Shown here one piece after another: positions 1 to 9,467 of a DNA stretch of 39,253 bases (the stretch's first letter is position 1; each line of letters opens with the position of its first letter). Below the pieces are notes generated by a model. The model had not been told where the DNA came from and did no database searches. It saw only the letters and a list, made by a program, of their open reading frames with translations. The DNA is taken from positions 1 through 39,253 of the IMG/VR virus record IMGVR_UViG_2920817954_000001. One strand, 5' to 3'. The translations under genes and the position numbers were made by a program. The DNA is from a virus.

Positions 1-55
1 CTATGGCCGCAGAAACCTCAATCGGCGGACGGGTCGCGCCAGCGCCCACGCTCAC
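1..55. repeat. terminal overlap, identical to 39199..39253
   Basis: The same 55-nt string (CTATGGCCGCAGAAACC...CGCCCACGCTCAC) is at both window ends. Confidence 0.95.
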
Positions 56-83
56 CAGTCTGGACGACATTCTGGGAAGCTGA
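1..83 (+). CDS. scaffolding-like protein, C-terminal end (continues 38571..39253 across the junction)
   Basis: The frame of the ORF starting at 38571 continues through the repeat to a TGA at 81-83. Confidence 0.6.
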   Translation, partial: MAAETSIGGRVAPAPTLTSLDDILGS

Positions 84-109
84 CCGCCATTCTTCAAGGA
101 ATGTGACCA

Positions 110-1198
110 ATGGCACAAACTACAGCAGCAGCAGGCCTTACGCCACAGCAGTGGGACGACAAGTTCTTCCGTGAGTACCTGCGCAACAACCCCTTCAAGC
201 CGTACATGGGCAAGGGGACAAACTCCATCATCCAGGTCAAGGAAGATCTGACAAAGAAACGCGGCGACAGCCTGACTTTCGCACTGGTCAACAAGCTGAC
301 CGGCTCCGTCAATGACGGCACCAGCAAGCTTGAAGGCAACGAAGAAAGCCTTGGTTCCCGCTCGCACAAGCTGACAGTCGGCCTGCGCCGGAATGCTGTC
401 TCTGTTCTGGAATTTGAAGAACAGAAATCAGCCATCGGCCTGCGCAACGCTGCCAAGGACCAGCTTATGGACTGGGCAATGGAAAAAGACGTGGAGCGCG
501 TTGTTGAACAGCTCTATTCGATCAACGGCACCGCGTATGGTTCCGCCTCTGAGGCCAACAAAGACGCATGGCTGGTGGACAATGCCGACCGTGTTCTGTT
601 TGGCGCTGCAAAGGCCAACAACTCCAGCAATGACCATTCTGCGTCTCTGCTGAACGTTGACGCGACCAGCGACAAGCTGACACCTGAGGCGCTGTCACTC
701 ATGAAGCGCATGGCGCTTTCTGCCAGCCCGAAGGTGCGTCCGATCCGTCTGGAGGGCATGAACCGCCGGTACTTCGTGGTGTTTGCGCACCCGCTGGCGT
801 TCCGTGACCTGAAAAACAACGCAACGATTGTTCAGGCGCAGCGCGAGGTTACCCTGACCAAGCAGAATAACAAACTGTTCCAGGGCGGTGATCTGGAGTG
901 GGATGGCATGATCATCCACGAGGTGGACGACATGACCACGCTTTCTGGTGTTGGTGCTGCTGGCATCGACGTAGGCGGCGTGTTCCTCTGCGGTGCGCAG
1001 GCTCTTGGCCTTGGTATCTCCAAGCGCTGGAAGTCCACCACGAAGACAGAGAACGACTACGGCAACGAAAGCGGCTGTGGTATCCGCGCAATCGACGGTC
1101 TGGACAAGATGACCTTCGGTTCCGGCTCTGCTGACACTGACGACCTGAAGGACCACGGCATTGTGACCGGGTACTTCGCGGCAGTTGCGGACAGCTAA
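110..1198 (+). CDS. major capsid protein (N4-gp56 / DUF4043-like)
   Basis: 362 aa with an AAGGAA RBS. It follows portal and scaffold. Motifs such as FKPYMGKG and LEGNEESLG recall N4-type HK97-fold capsids. A hairpin follows the stop. Confidence 0.85.
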   Translation: MAQTTAAAGLTPQQWDDKFFREYLRNNPFKPYMGKGTNSIIQVKEDLTKKRGDSLTFALVNKLTGSVNDGTSKLEGNEESLGSRSHKLTVGLRRNAVSVLEFEEQKSAIGLRNAAKDQLMDWAMEKDVERVVEQLYSINGTAYGSASEANKDAWLVDNADRVLFGAAKANNSSNDHSASLLNVDATSDKLTPEALSLMKRMALSASPKVRPIRLEGMNRRYFVVFAHPLAFRDLKNNATIVQAQREVTLTKQNNKLFQGGDLEWDGMIIHEVDDMTTLSGVGAAGIDVGGVFLCGAQALGLGISKRWKSTTKTENDYGNESGCGIRAIDGLDKMTFGSGSADTDDLKDHGIVTGYFAAVADS

Positions 1199-1207
1199 GC
1201 ATCACGA

Positions 1208-1230
1208 GGGGCCGGGAGACTGGCCCCTTT
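1208..1230 (+). terminator. hairpin plus short T-run after the capsid gene
   Basis: GGGGCC (1208-1213) pairs with GGCCCC (1222-1227), followed by TTTCT. Weak intrinsic-terminator shape. Confidence 0.4.
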
Positions 1231-1250
1231 CTCATGCTTAGGGGGTTCTG

Positions 1251-1406
1251 ATGAAGATCAAAAACACAAACAGCACCACGACAATTCGCGGCGTGTCGTT
1301 CCCGAAGGGGAAGGCCGTGACGGTGACTGACCCGGACCTTGCGAAGAAAGCACTGGCCCGACCGGGTTTCACAGAGGTGAAGCGGAATGACAAAAACAAA
1401 AAATGA
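1251..1406 (+). CDS. hypothetical small protein (51 aa, below ORF-track cutoff)
   Basis: ATG preceded by a GGGGG RBS. Translation MKIKNTNSTTTIRGVSFPKGKAVTVTDPDLAKKALARPGFTEVKRNDKNKK fills the capsid-adaptor gap. Confidence 0.5.
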   Translation: MKIKNTNSTTTIRGVSFPKGKAVTVTDPDLAKKALARPGFTEVKRNDKNKK

Positions 1407-1776
1407 GGTCATTGCCCAGGCACACCGCGAGCTTGCAGTTCTGTCAGTTGATGAAGACCCGTCTGCTGACCAGATCACATATGCGGGCGCGGTTCTGGAC
1501 AGCCTTTTTGCGGAACTGAAAGAAGTTCACGAAATGCCGTTTACGTGGACCCTTGAGGAAACCCCGGACGCGGCCTTTATCCCTCTGGGCCTCTGTCTCG
1601 CGGCTGACATCCAGCGCCACTACACCCTCAATCTTGTGCGGCGCTCGCGGGCCATCGCCAGAATGCGAGCTTATGCTTTCCCGGATGACCGGGAGGAACT
1701 GCCAGCAGACTACGACGAGGACGGCACTGTGACAGAAGCCGAGCAAACCCAATATGACGAGGCGGCGTTTTACTGA
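1387..1776 (+). CDS. hypothetical virion protein (possible head-completion/adaptor, by position)
   Basis: 129 aa with a GAGGTG RBS. Stop overlaps the next start (TGATG). Confidence 0.6.
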   Translation: MTKTKNEVIAQAHRELAVLSVDEDPSADQITYAGAVLDSLFAELKEVHEMPFTWTLEETPDAAFIPLGLCLAADIQRHYTLNLVRRSRAIARMRAYAFPDDREELPADYDEDGTVTEAEQTQYDEAAFY

Positions 1777-3224
1777 TGCCCCTTGTTGAGTTTGTCGGAC
1801 AGTCCGTACAGGACAGCGGCAACATAGCCATTAACCCCGGCAGGCTGGTGAATTGCTACCGGGAGCTTGTTGTGGGGCAGGGGCGTAGCCAATACGTGCT
1901 GCAATCCGTTCTGGGCATGGATCTGCTGTCAGACCTTGGCGCGGCGACTGTTCGCGCAATGGGTATCGGCAACAGCAAGAACTGGGTTGCGGGCGACGGG
2001 AAACTGTTTGAAGCCGCCGGAGACGGTACGCTAACGCAGCGCGCTGTTGTGGCAGATGATGCAGTCACGACCATTGAGGGCAATGAAGGCGATGTGACGG
2101 TCGTTTCCGGGACTGCCTATTACCTGTGGAACGGCTCCACACTTTCTCAGCCCACAACAAAGACATTCACAGACGTTCTCAGCCATTTCTACATCGGCGG
2201 ATATACCGTCATTCTGGAGGATGGCGGCAAACGATTTCAGTGGTCTGCGATTGGTGATGCAAGCTCGCTGGATGCTCTGGATTTTGCTTCTGCAGATCAG
2301 GTTGACGGCAATCTGGTCCGTGGTTTTGAAGTCCAGGGGCAGGCTGTCCTGATGAGTGAGCGCCACAGCGAACTGTGGGCGGTTACCGCAGCAACTGACA
2401 GCGCAGAGGTGTTTCAGTTTACCACAAGCTGGAACCGTGGGCTTAAGGCGCACAACCTGGCAGTGAAGTTTGATGACAGCCTGTTCTGGGTGGGGGACGA
2501 CAACAACGTTTACGTAGGGTTTGGGCCGGGTGCGGTTGATGTCACAACCCCGGCAGTAAACACATCGCTTGAACAAAATACCGCAACACATTGTTTTTAC
2601 TATGAAGATCGCGGTCACAAGTTCTGCGTGCTGCGATTCAGTGACCGCGCTGCATGGGTCTATGACGTTAAGATGCAGGAATGGCACGAGCGCGCAGAAG
2701 GAGCAGGCGATGGTGCATGGCGGGCGGTTGCGTCGATCAAGGGCGATACCTGGCAGGTCGGCAACACTGTGGGCGAGATTTACAGCCTGTCCAACACGAA
2801 CAAGGATCTGAATGGCCTTCTGCGCAGGACCGCAACGTCCCGGCCTGTTTACACTGGCGACAAATTCCGGGTGGTCAAGCTCGAACTGAGCGCTCGCGTC
2901 GGGGAAAACACCCTGAGCGAGGCAACGGACTTTGGTCTGGACGCTGGCGAAGGGGATATTCTGGACGCAGGCGGCGGGGAAGGCCTGAAACTTGACGCTA
3001 TCCCGGCTGGGGAGCGCGCAGCAACGGTCAACCTGTTTGTTTCACGTGATGGCGGCAGAACATGGACAGATGCGAAGCCGCGCTCTCTGGGCCTTGCTGG
3101 CGATTATGACCAGCGCACGGTGTGGCGCGCGTTGGGGCAGGCACACCAGTTTGCGGTGAGAGTGCAGGTTTCTGAGCCCGCTGATTACCAGATCAACACA
3201 ACAGCCGTTCTGGAGGTCGCATGA
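1776..3224 (+). CDS. virion protein, possibly P22 gp10-like DNA-stabilisation/tail hub protein
   Basis: 482 aa, translationally coupled. Size and position after capsid and adaptor resemble the P22 gp4/gp10 order. No motif-level proof. Confidence 0.6.
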   Translation: MPLVEFVGQSVQDSGNIAINPGRLVNCYRELVVGQGRSQYVLQSVLGMDLLSDLGAATVRAMGIGNSKNWVAGDGKLFEAAGDGTLTQRAVVADDAVTTIEGNEGDVTVVSGTAYYLWNGSTLSQPTTKTFTDVLSHFYIGGYTVILEDGGKRFQWSAIGDASSLDALDFASADQVDGNLVRGFEVQGQAVLMSERHSELWAVTAATDSAEVFQFTTSWNRGLKAHNLAVKFDDSLFWVGDDNNVYVGFGPGAVDVTTPAVNTSLEQNTATHCFYYEDRGHKFCVLRFSDRAAWVYDVKMQEWHERAEGAGDGAWRAVASIKGDTWQVGNTVGEIYSLSNTNKDLNGLLRRTATSRPVYTGDKFRVVKLELSARVGENTLSEATDFGLDAGEGDILDAGGGEGLKLDAIPAGERAATVNLFVSRDGGRTWTDAKPRSLGLAGDYDQRTVWRALGQAHQFAVRVQVSEPADYQINTTAVLEVA

Positions 3225-3361
3225 GTATTCCTCCCCTTTCCAGGTCTCTTCCGATTACGGACAGCGACGGCAAGCCCAGCATGGATCTGCTGCGGTATGC
3301 CCGCGAACTGGAGCGCAAACTAGCAGAATATGAAGCCCGTCTTGCGGCGGGTGGTCTTTGA
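3221..3361 (+). CDS. hypothetical small coiled-coil protein (46 aa)
   Basis: ATGA overlap with the upstream stop and a GGAGG RBS. Translation MSIPPLSRSLPITDSDGKPSMDLLRYARELERKLAEYEARLAAGGL. Confidence 0.5.
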   Translation: MSIPPLSRSLPITDSDGKPSMDLLRYARELERKLAEYEARLAAGGL

Positions 3362-3375
3362 GAAGCCTTCTGGCA

Positions 3376-3717
3376 ATGGCGCGGGCCTACCACGCCGAAA
3401 TGAATGCACCCTGGCCGTTTGACCCCGAAGCCTTCCTTGATGTGGTTGAGGCTATCAGGATTAACGGCTTTTTCCGGCTGACTGACAAAGGATTCATTGC
3501 CGGGGCAGTCAATCGAAACCCGCTCAACCCTGAGTGGCGGGTTGGCACTCAGATCATGTGGTACGGCGATGCTGACCTTATCCGGCAGTTTCGCAAGTGG
3601 GCGAAGGCGCAGGGCGTCAACGAAATTCATTGTTCATGCAAGCCTGAGACGCGCGTGGAGCGCTTCTACAGCAGCTTTGCGCAGCCGTGTGACGCGGTTT
3701 ATTCGGAGGTCATCTAA
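3376..3717 (+). CDS. hypothetical protein
   Basis: ORF 3358..3717. The first ATG is at 3376 and a TTG at 3358 is an alternative start. Confidence 0.6.
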   Translation: MARAYHAEMNAPWPFDPEAFLDVVEAIRINGFFRLTDKGFIAGAVNRNPLNPEWRVGTQIMWYGDADLIRQFRKWAKAQGVNEIHCSCKPETRVERFYSSFAQPCDAVYSEVI

Positions 3718-4343
3718 TGGGCTTTTCAGCGGTTATTGGTGGGGTCACAGGCCTACTCGGGGCAGCCGGGGCGAGAAGCGCCGGTAAGTCACAGGAGAAC
3801 GCTGCGCTGGCGCAGGCAGAGGTGGCGCGCGAGACACGCGACATCATGCGGCGCGACCTTGCGCCCTATCGTCAGGTGGGCACACCGGCAGTCAACGCCC
3901 TGTCTTTTGAGGCTGGTCTGACCGATATAGCCCCCGATGGCTATCAGGCGTTCGAGTTTGAGAAAACACCCGGTTATGACTTCCGGTTGAATGAAGGGCT
4001 GCGGGCCGTGGAAAGCGGTGTTGCGGCAAGGCAGGGGCTGAACTCTGGTGCCGCCATGAAGGCGCTGACACGGTACGGGCAGGACTATGGCGCCAACGCA
4101 TTCAATTCTGAGCGGGCTTTCCACTTCGGGCAACTGAACAATCTCGCGAACATCGGGCAAAGCGCTGCGGCAGGATCCGCGAATGCGGCGGCGACAGCGG
4201 GCCAGATGCAGACGAATGCTCTTGGCAATCTGGGGAACGCACAGGCGGCAACGTCAATCGGCGTGGGGAACGCACTGGCCAGCGGACTGAACAATGGACT
4301 AGGGGTCTGGGCCTATAATCAGAACAGGAACGCGCTGCAATGA
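3717..4343 (+). CDS. putative internal virion/ejection protein (Gly/Ala/Asn-rich)
   Basis: 208 aa with a GGAGG RBS. TAATG coupling to the upstream gene. Low-complexity G/A/N-rich C-terminus. Confidence 0.55.
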   Translation: MGFSAVIGGVTGLLGAAGARSAGKSQENAALAQAEVARETRDIMRRDLAPYRQVGTPAVNALSFEAGLTDIAPDGYQAFEFEKTPGYDFRLNEGLRAVESGVAARQGLNSGAAMKALTRYGQDYGANAFNSERAFHFGQLNNLANIGQSAAAGSANAAATAGQMQTNALGNLGNAQAATSIGVGNALASGLNNGLGVWAYNQNRNALQ

Positions 4344-5500
4344 AACTGAATTCAGGGATTATTCTGGCAGGCCGTCCGGTCAACGCGGTCAATGCCCTTT
4401 CTCAGGGTATGCAGCTTGCATCCAGTGAAAACGATATGCGGCACCGCAACGAACTGATGCCTTTTGAACTGCAGTCCGCAGAGCAGGGCATTCAGATGAA
4501 CGCACTGAATATGGACGCCACCCGTCAGCGTATGGAAATGGCACGTAGGGCTGACGCACGGGCGTCTGCTTCGGCGGGACGGGCAAGTGCAAACCACCAG
4601 CGCGCGCTTGAGGCGCAGGAGGCGCAACAGCGTGTCCGCAATGCCATCCAGATGATTGACAGCGCCCAGACCCCGGAGCAGTGGGACCAGTTGGCCTCAC
4701 AGCATGACCCTTCACTGGTGGGTCAGTTCGGCAACAAGCGGGCGCTTCTGGGCAGGCTGATGCCACTGGAGCAACGCCTGCAAATGGAAATTGAGGCTCA
4801 GCAGCCGCCAGAAATGACGACAGCGATGAACACGCTGACGCAGCGCGCCCAACAGGCAGGCCTGCAACCCGGAACCCCGGAGTTTCAGGCGTTCATGCTG
4901 AACGGTGGACCGCCCAAGGGTGGAGAGCGCATCAGCTTTGACGAAAACGGTAATCCTGTGATTGAACGGGGCGCGGCTGTCAACGCAACGCCCCCAAAGA
5001 TGACTGTTGATGCGGCAAAAAACACGGGCTTTCTGATCAGGACGCGCGATGCAAACGAGGTACTGAACGAACTGGAGGATGAAGGCACCCGGTTTGCTCA
5101 GCAGAACCTTGAGAGCGTGCCGCTGGGTATTGGCAACTATTTCCGTGATCAGGATTTCCAGAGGTTCGATCAGGCACGGCGTGACTTTGTGAATTCCATT
5201 CTTCGCAGAGAATCCGGCGCTGTCATTGCTGACTCTGAGTTTGACAACGCGAACAAGCAATACTTTCCGGTCCCGGGAGATGGGCCTGACGTGATCGCGC
5301 AAAAACGCCAGAACCGTGAGAACGCTATTCGCGGACTTGAGGTGGGATCCGGTGGGGGCGCTGCCTTCCTGGACAGCCAGCAATCTCAGTCAGAAAACCC
5401 GTTCGTGGGGATGACTGACGAGCAGTTCAACCAGATCAGAATTGATGAACTGACCAGCGAGCAAATCAACCAGCTTTATGAAGCGCGGGGCCTTGAGTGA
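4340..5500 (+). CDS. putative internal virion/ejection protein
   Basis: 386 aa, ATGA coupling, Q/A-rich coiled-coil N-terminal half. Position matches a podovirus ejection-protein block. Confidence 0.55.
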   Translation: MKLNSGIILAGRPVNAVNALSQGMQLASSENDMRHRNELMPFELQSAEQGIQMNALNMDATRQRMEMARRADARASASAGRASANHQRALEAQEAQQRVRNAIQMIDSAQTPEQWDQLASQHDPSLVGQFGNKRALLGRLMPLEQRLQMEIEAQQPPEMTTAMNTLTQRAQQAGLQPGTPEFQAFMLNGGPPKGGERISFDENGNPVIERGAAVNATPPKMTVDAAKNTGFLIRTRDANEVLNELEDEGTRFAQQNLESVPLGIGNYFRDQDFQRFDQARRDFVNSILRRESGAVIADSEFDNANKQYFPVPGDGPDVIAQKRQNRENAIRGLEVGSGGGAAFLDSQQSQSENPFVGMTDEQFNQIRIDELTSEQINQLYEARGLE

Positions 5501-6960
5501 TGGACGCCGAAACCAAACGTAAGCGGCTGCTCCTGCTGCAACAGCAAAACGCCGGTCCAGACCGCATGGCTGCCGGGCGGGAGATACAGCAGCGCAATGC
5601 GCTCAGGTTCCAGGCTGGAACAGGGCAAAAGCCTCCTGTCGCTGACGATTCCGAAGCAAACCGGATTGCTGAAAGGGATATGGCGCGCGCGCAGATGGGG
5701 CGTCTTGAGGCTGGTCTAACGGGTTTTGCGAGCGGTCAGACGCTCGGCTTTTCAGATGAAATCGCTGGTGCCATTGGCGGCGACGAAATGAATCAGGCTT
5801 TTGATAAGAATCTGGAGGTTGCCCGGACAGCATATCCGGGAATGACCACAGCGGCTGAGATTGGTGGTACAATCGCATCCCCAGTGGCGGCTGCGGCACC
5901 GGTAACCCGTTCTATTCGCGGCGCGGCTGCAGTGGGTGCCGGTGTGTCAGCAGTTGACGCAGCGGGCCGAGCAGAGGGAAGCGCCGTAGAGCGCGTGCCT
6001 GATGCAGTCACCGGCGCGGGCGTGGGCTTCCTGACCGCTGGTCTGGCTTCCGGCGCATTCAAGGGGCTGAATACGGGTGCGCGCAAGCTGTTTCAACGCG
6101 CCGAGGCCCGTCCCACAATTGAGAGCCTGAGAACCGCAAAAAATGCTGCTTACGCCGCTGTCAGAAAGGCTGGGGTGGAATTCACCCCCGATGAAATGCA
6201 AGCGGCCTTCCAGAGGCTAGGACGTAAGGCGAAAACGTCCCGGTTTGACCTTGACCCTGTTTCAGAGACAGACAAGGCGTCATTTGACGCTCTGCGGGTG
6301 CTCCAGCGCCGTGCGGACTTGGGCCGCCCGATCTCCCTCAACAATCTGGACAAAACACGCCAGAAACTGTGGGACATCTACAACAAGTCTGACCAGCCTT
6401 TTGTTCTTGAGGCCATTGGCGAGATTGATGGCCTTATCGCGGCAAAATCATCCGGGAATGACGTGATGACCGCAGCCCGTGCGGCAAACGCAGCTTACTC
6501 AAAAACTCAACTTCTGCAAAATGCCTTTGACAAGGCCGAACTGCAGACTGCGGGTTCAGGTTCAGGTGGAAACATCCTCAACAAGTACAGGCAGGCTGTA
6601 ACACGGATCATCACCACCCCTAGAGAGGCAAAATGGTTCAGTGAACAGGAACTGACAATTATGCGTGAGTTTGTCATGGGTGATATGACGGAGAACACGC
6701 TGCGACGTGCGGGCAAGCTTGCGCCGGGCGGGAATGGGCTGATGACCGCTCTGAACGTCTACGCGGCGTCCATTGATCCCTCACTGCTTGCCATTACAGG
6801 CGCGGCATCTGCTGCGAAGGGCATGGCGGACCGAAGCGCCATGAAGGGTTCTCAGGATCTTCTGGATACAGTGGCGACCGGGGCTATCAGAGCGCCCGCC
6901 GCCGCGCCCAATCTGACGCCTGCCGCTGTTACGGGTTCGGCTACAGGTAACCGCCTCTAG
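5500..6960 (+). CDS. putative internal virion/ejection protein (Gly/Ala-rich hydrophobic central segment)
   Basis: ORF 5497..6960. The ATG at 5500 overlaps the upstream TGA by 1 nt. Confidence 0.55.
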   Translation: MDAETKRKRLLLLQQQNAGPDRMAAGREIQQRNALRFQAGTGQKPPVADDSEANRIAERDMARAQMGRLEAGLTGFASGQTLGFSDEIAGAIGGDEMNQAFDKNLEVARTAYPGMTTAAEIGGTIASPVAAAAPVTRSIRGAAAVGAGVSAVDAAGRAEGSAVERVPDAVTGAGVGFLTAGLASGAFKGLNTGARKLFQRAEARPTIESLRTAKNAAYAAVRKAGVEFTPDEMQAAFQRLGRKAKTSRFDLDPVSETDKASFDALRVLQRRADLGRPISLNNLDKTRQKLWDIYNKSDQPFVLEAIGEIDGLIAAKSSGNDVMTAARAANAAYSKTQLLQNAFDKAELQTAGSGSGGNILNKYRQAVTRIITTPREAKWFSEQELTIMREFVMGDMTENTLRRAGKLAPGGNGLMTALNVYAASIDPSLLAITGAASAAKGMADRSAMKGSQDLLDTVATGAIRAPAAAPNLTPAAVTGSATGNRL

Positions 6961-7073
6961 TCTTTCTTATCAGGTCGGAAGAAGTCGTAAAGGTGTTTGC
7001 TGGAACGCCTCTCAGAGCGGACGCCCAGCCAGATACAGAACACAACCACAACAATAGCAAGCAATATCTCCAT
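6957..7073 (-). CDS. candidate small hydrophobic peptide (38 aa), antisense in an intergenic gap
   Basis: Translation MEILLAIVVVVFCIWLGVRSERRSSKHLYDFFRPDKKD has one TM segment and a basic tail. No clear RBS. AT-rich codons. Confidence 0.2.
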   Translation of the reverse strand: MEILLAIVVVVFCIWLGVRSERRSSKHLYDFFRPDKKD

Positions 7074-7108
7074 TCAGCAGAGATAAGCCCTGACGGGAGA
7101 AATAGCAA

Positions 7109-7750
7109 ATGGCAGACGTAAAAGCCCTCGTGGATTTCACAGTTGAGCAAACCAGCGTCGGGGTCGGTGACCTGCTGTACGTGGCGAGCGCAGGCACACC
7201 CGCGAAGGTCACTTTCGCCAACCTTGTAGACAATAACTACACCTACAGCGCGACAATGACAGTCACAGGAACAATTGATGTGACCGGCGGGGCGCTGGAT
7301 TTCGGCGGCACTCAGGACTTTGTGCCAAAGGCAGACGCAAACGGCAACCTGGTTGATGGGTTCGGCGTTGAAACCTCCCTCACAGACGACGACACCAAAC
7401 TGGCGACATCCGGCGGTGTATTCGATCACGTCAAGGGAGCGCTGAAGGACGCTGAGATGGTTGCATACGCGAAGATTTCAGGGTTTTCCGGCACACCAAC
7501 CTATGCCTTCCAGAGCGGCTTTGACGGCACCATTGTTGACATCGGAACCGGGCGCTACACACTGAATTTCGCCTCTGCTGAAGCCAGCGCGGATTACTTT
7601 GTGTTTGCCACTGCAACCGGCACCAACGCGCGTTTCTACACAATCGGGGTTGACGGAACGCCAGCAACTTCCGGCTTCAGTGTCGGGGTTACCAACCAGA
7701 ACGGCACAAACTCAGATGCGGATATGTTTGTCATGGTGTGGAGGCAGTAA
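7109..7750 (+). CDS. tail fibre/tail-associated protein
   Basis: 213 aa with a GGGAGA RBS. Thr/Gly/Val-rich beta-type composition. First gene after a 148-nt gap. Confidence 0.5.
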   Translation: MADVKALVDFTVEQTSVGVGDLLYVASAGTPAKVTFANLVDNNYTYSATMTVTGTIDVTGGALDFGGTQDFVPKADANGNLVDGFGVETSLTDDDTKLATSGGVFDHVKGALKDAEMVAYAKISGFSGTPTYAFQSGFDGTIVDIGTGRYTLNFASAEASADYFVFATATGTNARFYTIGVDGTPATSGFSVGVTNQNGTNSDADMFVMVWRQ

Positions 7751-8127
7751 TGACCAAAATTGTCACCCTGAATGGGGAGATTATGGCCGCTGATGTTGTG
7801 GGCGACCTTCCGTCGCGCGATGACCGGGAATTCTGGTCGCTCAGCGGCAGTTCCATTGTGGTTGATCAGACCGCGAAGCTGACTGCAGAGCGGGCCACTA
7901 TGGTTGTTTCAGCTTACCAGGCGAGGCAGGCGCTGGCTGCTGCAGGCCTGCTGACCGCGATTGAGGCCCTTGTGGGCAGTCAAAGCGACGATGTGCAGAG
8001 GGCGTGGCAGCACGCGGTGGAGTTTCGCCGTAACAGCACAACAATTGCTGCCCTTGCTTCCTCTGCATCCCTAACGGACACCCAGCTTGATGACCTGTTC
8101 CGGGCTGCGAAACTGATCGTCGCCTGA
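7750..8127 (+). CDS. hypothetical protein (possible fibre assembly factor, by position)
   Basis: The ATG at 7750 overlaps the upstream TAA. The track ORF starts at a GTG at 7738. Confidence 0.55.
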   Translation: MTKIVTLNGEIMAADVVGDLPSRDDREFWSLSGSSIVVDQTAKLTAERATMVVSAYQARQALAAAGLLTAIEALVGSQSDDVQRAWQHAVEFRRNSTTIAALASSASLTDTQLDDLFRAAKLIVA

Positions 8128-8198
8128 ATATTCATCTGAATACATAACTTGACCACCTCACCTTAACCTGAAACGCTCTCCGGCAGGAGGGCCGCGAT

Positions 8199-8507
8199 AT
8201 GAAAGACGCAGACGTGAGCAAAAAAATGGACGCCGACGAACAGGCGCTGATTGAAAGTGCGCAGGCTGATCTGGCCAAAGCAAAAGCCGCTATGAAGTCG
8301 GCAATTCACTCAGTGGACGGCATCAAAAAGATGATGGAAAAGCGCGGGCTTGGGTGTGAGGCCCTGGACGCCTACGCGGCCCGCACGGCCCTCAAGGCCG
8401 CTCTGGTGGGTATTGAGCAGGCCCACGTTGCGGCAAGTGACCGCATGATGAAATGTTATCCAGACGAAGGCCCCGGCATTGTCCTGCTGGGTGGCGGTGG
8501 CCGCTGA
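8199..8507 (+). CDS. hypothetical protein
   Basis: 102 aa with an AGGAGG RBS. Confidence 0.6.
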   Translation: MKDADVSKKMDADEQALIESAQADLAKAKAAMKSAIHSVDGIKKMMEKRGLGCEALDAYAARTALKAALVGIEQAHVAASDRMMKCYPDEGPGIVLLGGGGR

Positions 8508-8508
8508 A

Positions 8509-8955
8509 ATGTGGGGCATTGAACACACAATGATGGCGGCGGGGTTTATTCTTTTCGCCATTATTGAACTGACACGGTTTCGCGCAGGGGTTGCACACGC
8601 TATAATGGCAGGTGTAGCCAGTCAACTGCCGTTTTGGATCGGGTCAACCCTTTGGATTTTGCAGCAAATACGCCAGCCCATAGAGGTGAATATGGTTGCG
8701 GATCTGGCCATGTCGGTACTGTTTGTATTCCTGGCGCACAGAACCGGAAAAGCGTTTTACGCGTTCCTTTCACTGCTGTTTGTCTGTGCCGCCTGTATCA
8801 GTATCTGGGCCGTGTTTTTCGGCACCCCGTCGCTGTATATGATGGCGCACGAATTTATTCACTATGCCTGTCTCATCGTCATTCTGGGGCGCACCCGTGT
8901 TTCTCGCTATAGTGGGGATATCGGGCGTCGGCTGCGTGCTCTGGCTTCTGGATGA
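8509..8955 (+). CDS. multi-pass membrane protein
   Basis: The ATG lies 1 nt after the upstream stop. About four hydrophobic segments are present. Confidence 0.55.
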   Translation: MWGIEHTMMAAGFILFAIIELTRFRAGVAHAIMAGVASQLPFWIGSTLWILQQIRQPIEVNMVADLAMSVLFVFLAHRTGKAFYAFLSLLFVCAACISIWAVFFGTPSLYMMAHEFIHYACLIVILGRTRVSRYSGDIGRRLRALASG

Positions 8956-9200
8956 TTGGTGTAAGCGCGTCGCGCGCGGCGACTATGATAACCGCTCCTC
9001 CGGCGGTGATGGCCGCAGCGACAGAGATAGCGAAGACGACGGAAGCGGTCCCGTTTCTTGAGATTGTCGTGACGTATATCCCGCTGTTTGGCCAGATGGG
9101 TGAGGTCACAATCCAGACCCTGCTGATTATCCTTTCCACCCTTTCGGGGCTGCTGGCGGTTATGTTTTCAATCGTCAAATTCTTTCTTAAGCAAAAGTAA
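8952..9200 (+). CDS. membrane protein
   Basis: 82 aa, ATGA coupling, hydrophobic C-terminal segments. Confidence 0.55.
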   Translation: MIGVSASRAATMITAPPAVMAAATEIAKTTEAVPFLEIVVTYIPLFGQMGEVTIQTLLIILSTLSGLLAVMFSIVKFFLKQK

Positions 9201-9256
9201 ATCTACCAAAGCCGAAGTGATGCCCCGCCAGCGGGGTTTCAGGTGTTGGGGGGAAT

Positions 9257-9466
9257 ATGACGGATGAAGAACGCAAGATGCTTTCTGACCTTCACAGCTT
9301 TCTCATGAAGCCCACGGGGCCGGGAAAGCCCAGCAGGGCGGAACAACTGGACGATGCTCTGGGGTCGATCCGGGCCGGTAAACTGGTTGCAAGGTTCGCG
9401 CTTTGGGTATCGGGCGCGATTATCGCCATCACCGCAGCGTACAACTCTTTTTGGGACAGCAGATAA
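9257..9466 (+). CDS. small membrane protein (C-terminal TM)
   Basis: 69 aa with a GGGGGG RBS. TM segment FALWVSGAIIAITAAY. Confidence 0.55.
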   Translation: MTDEERKMLSDLHSFLMKPTGPGKPSRAEQLDDALGSIRAGKLVARFALWVSGAIIAITAAYNSFWDSR

Positions 9467-9467
9467 G

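Noticed and set aside
695-5383. Multiple antisense ORFs inside virion genes (for example 695..1156, 912..1478, 2031..2687 and 4712..5383; also 13376..14098 and 37732..38358 elsewhere).
   Set aside because: They are shadow ORFs opposite long, coupled, well-supported + strand genes. Their composition is biased and they have no RBS.
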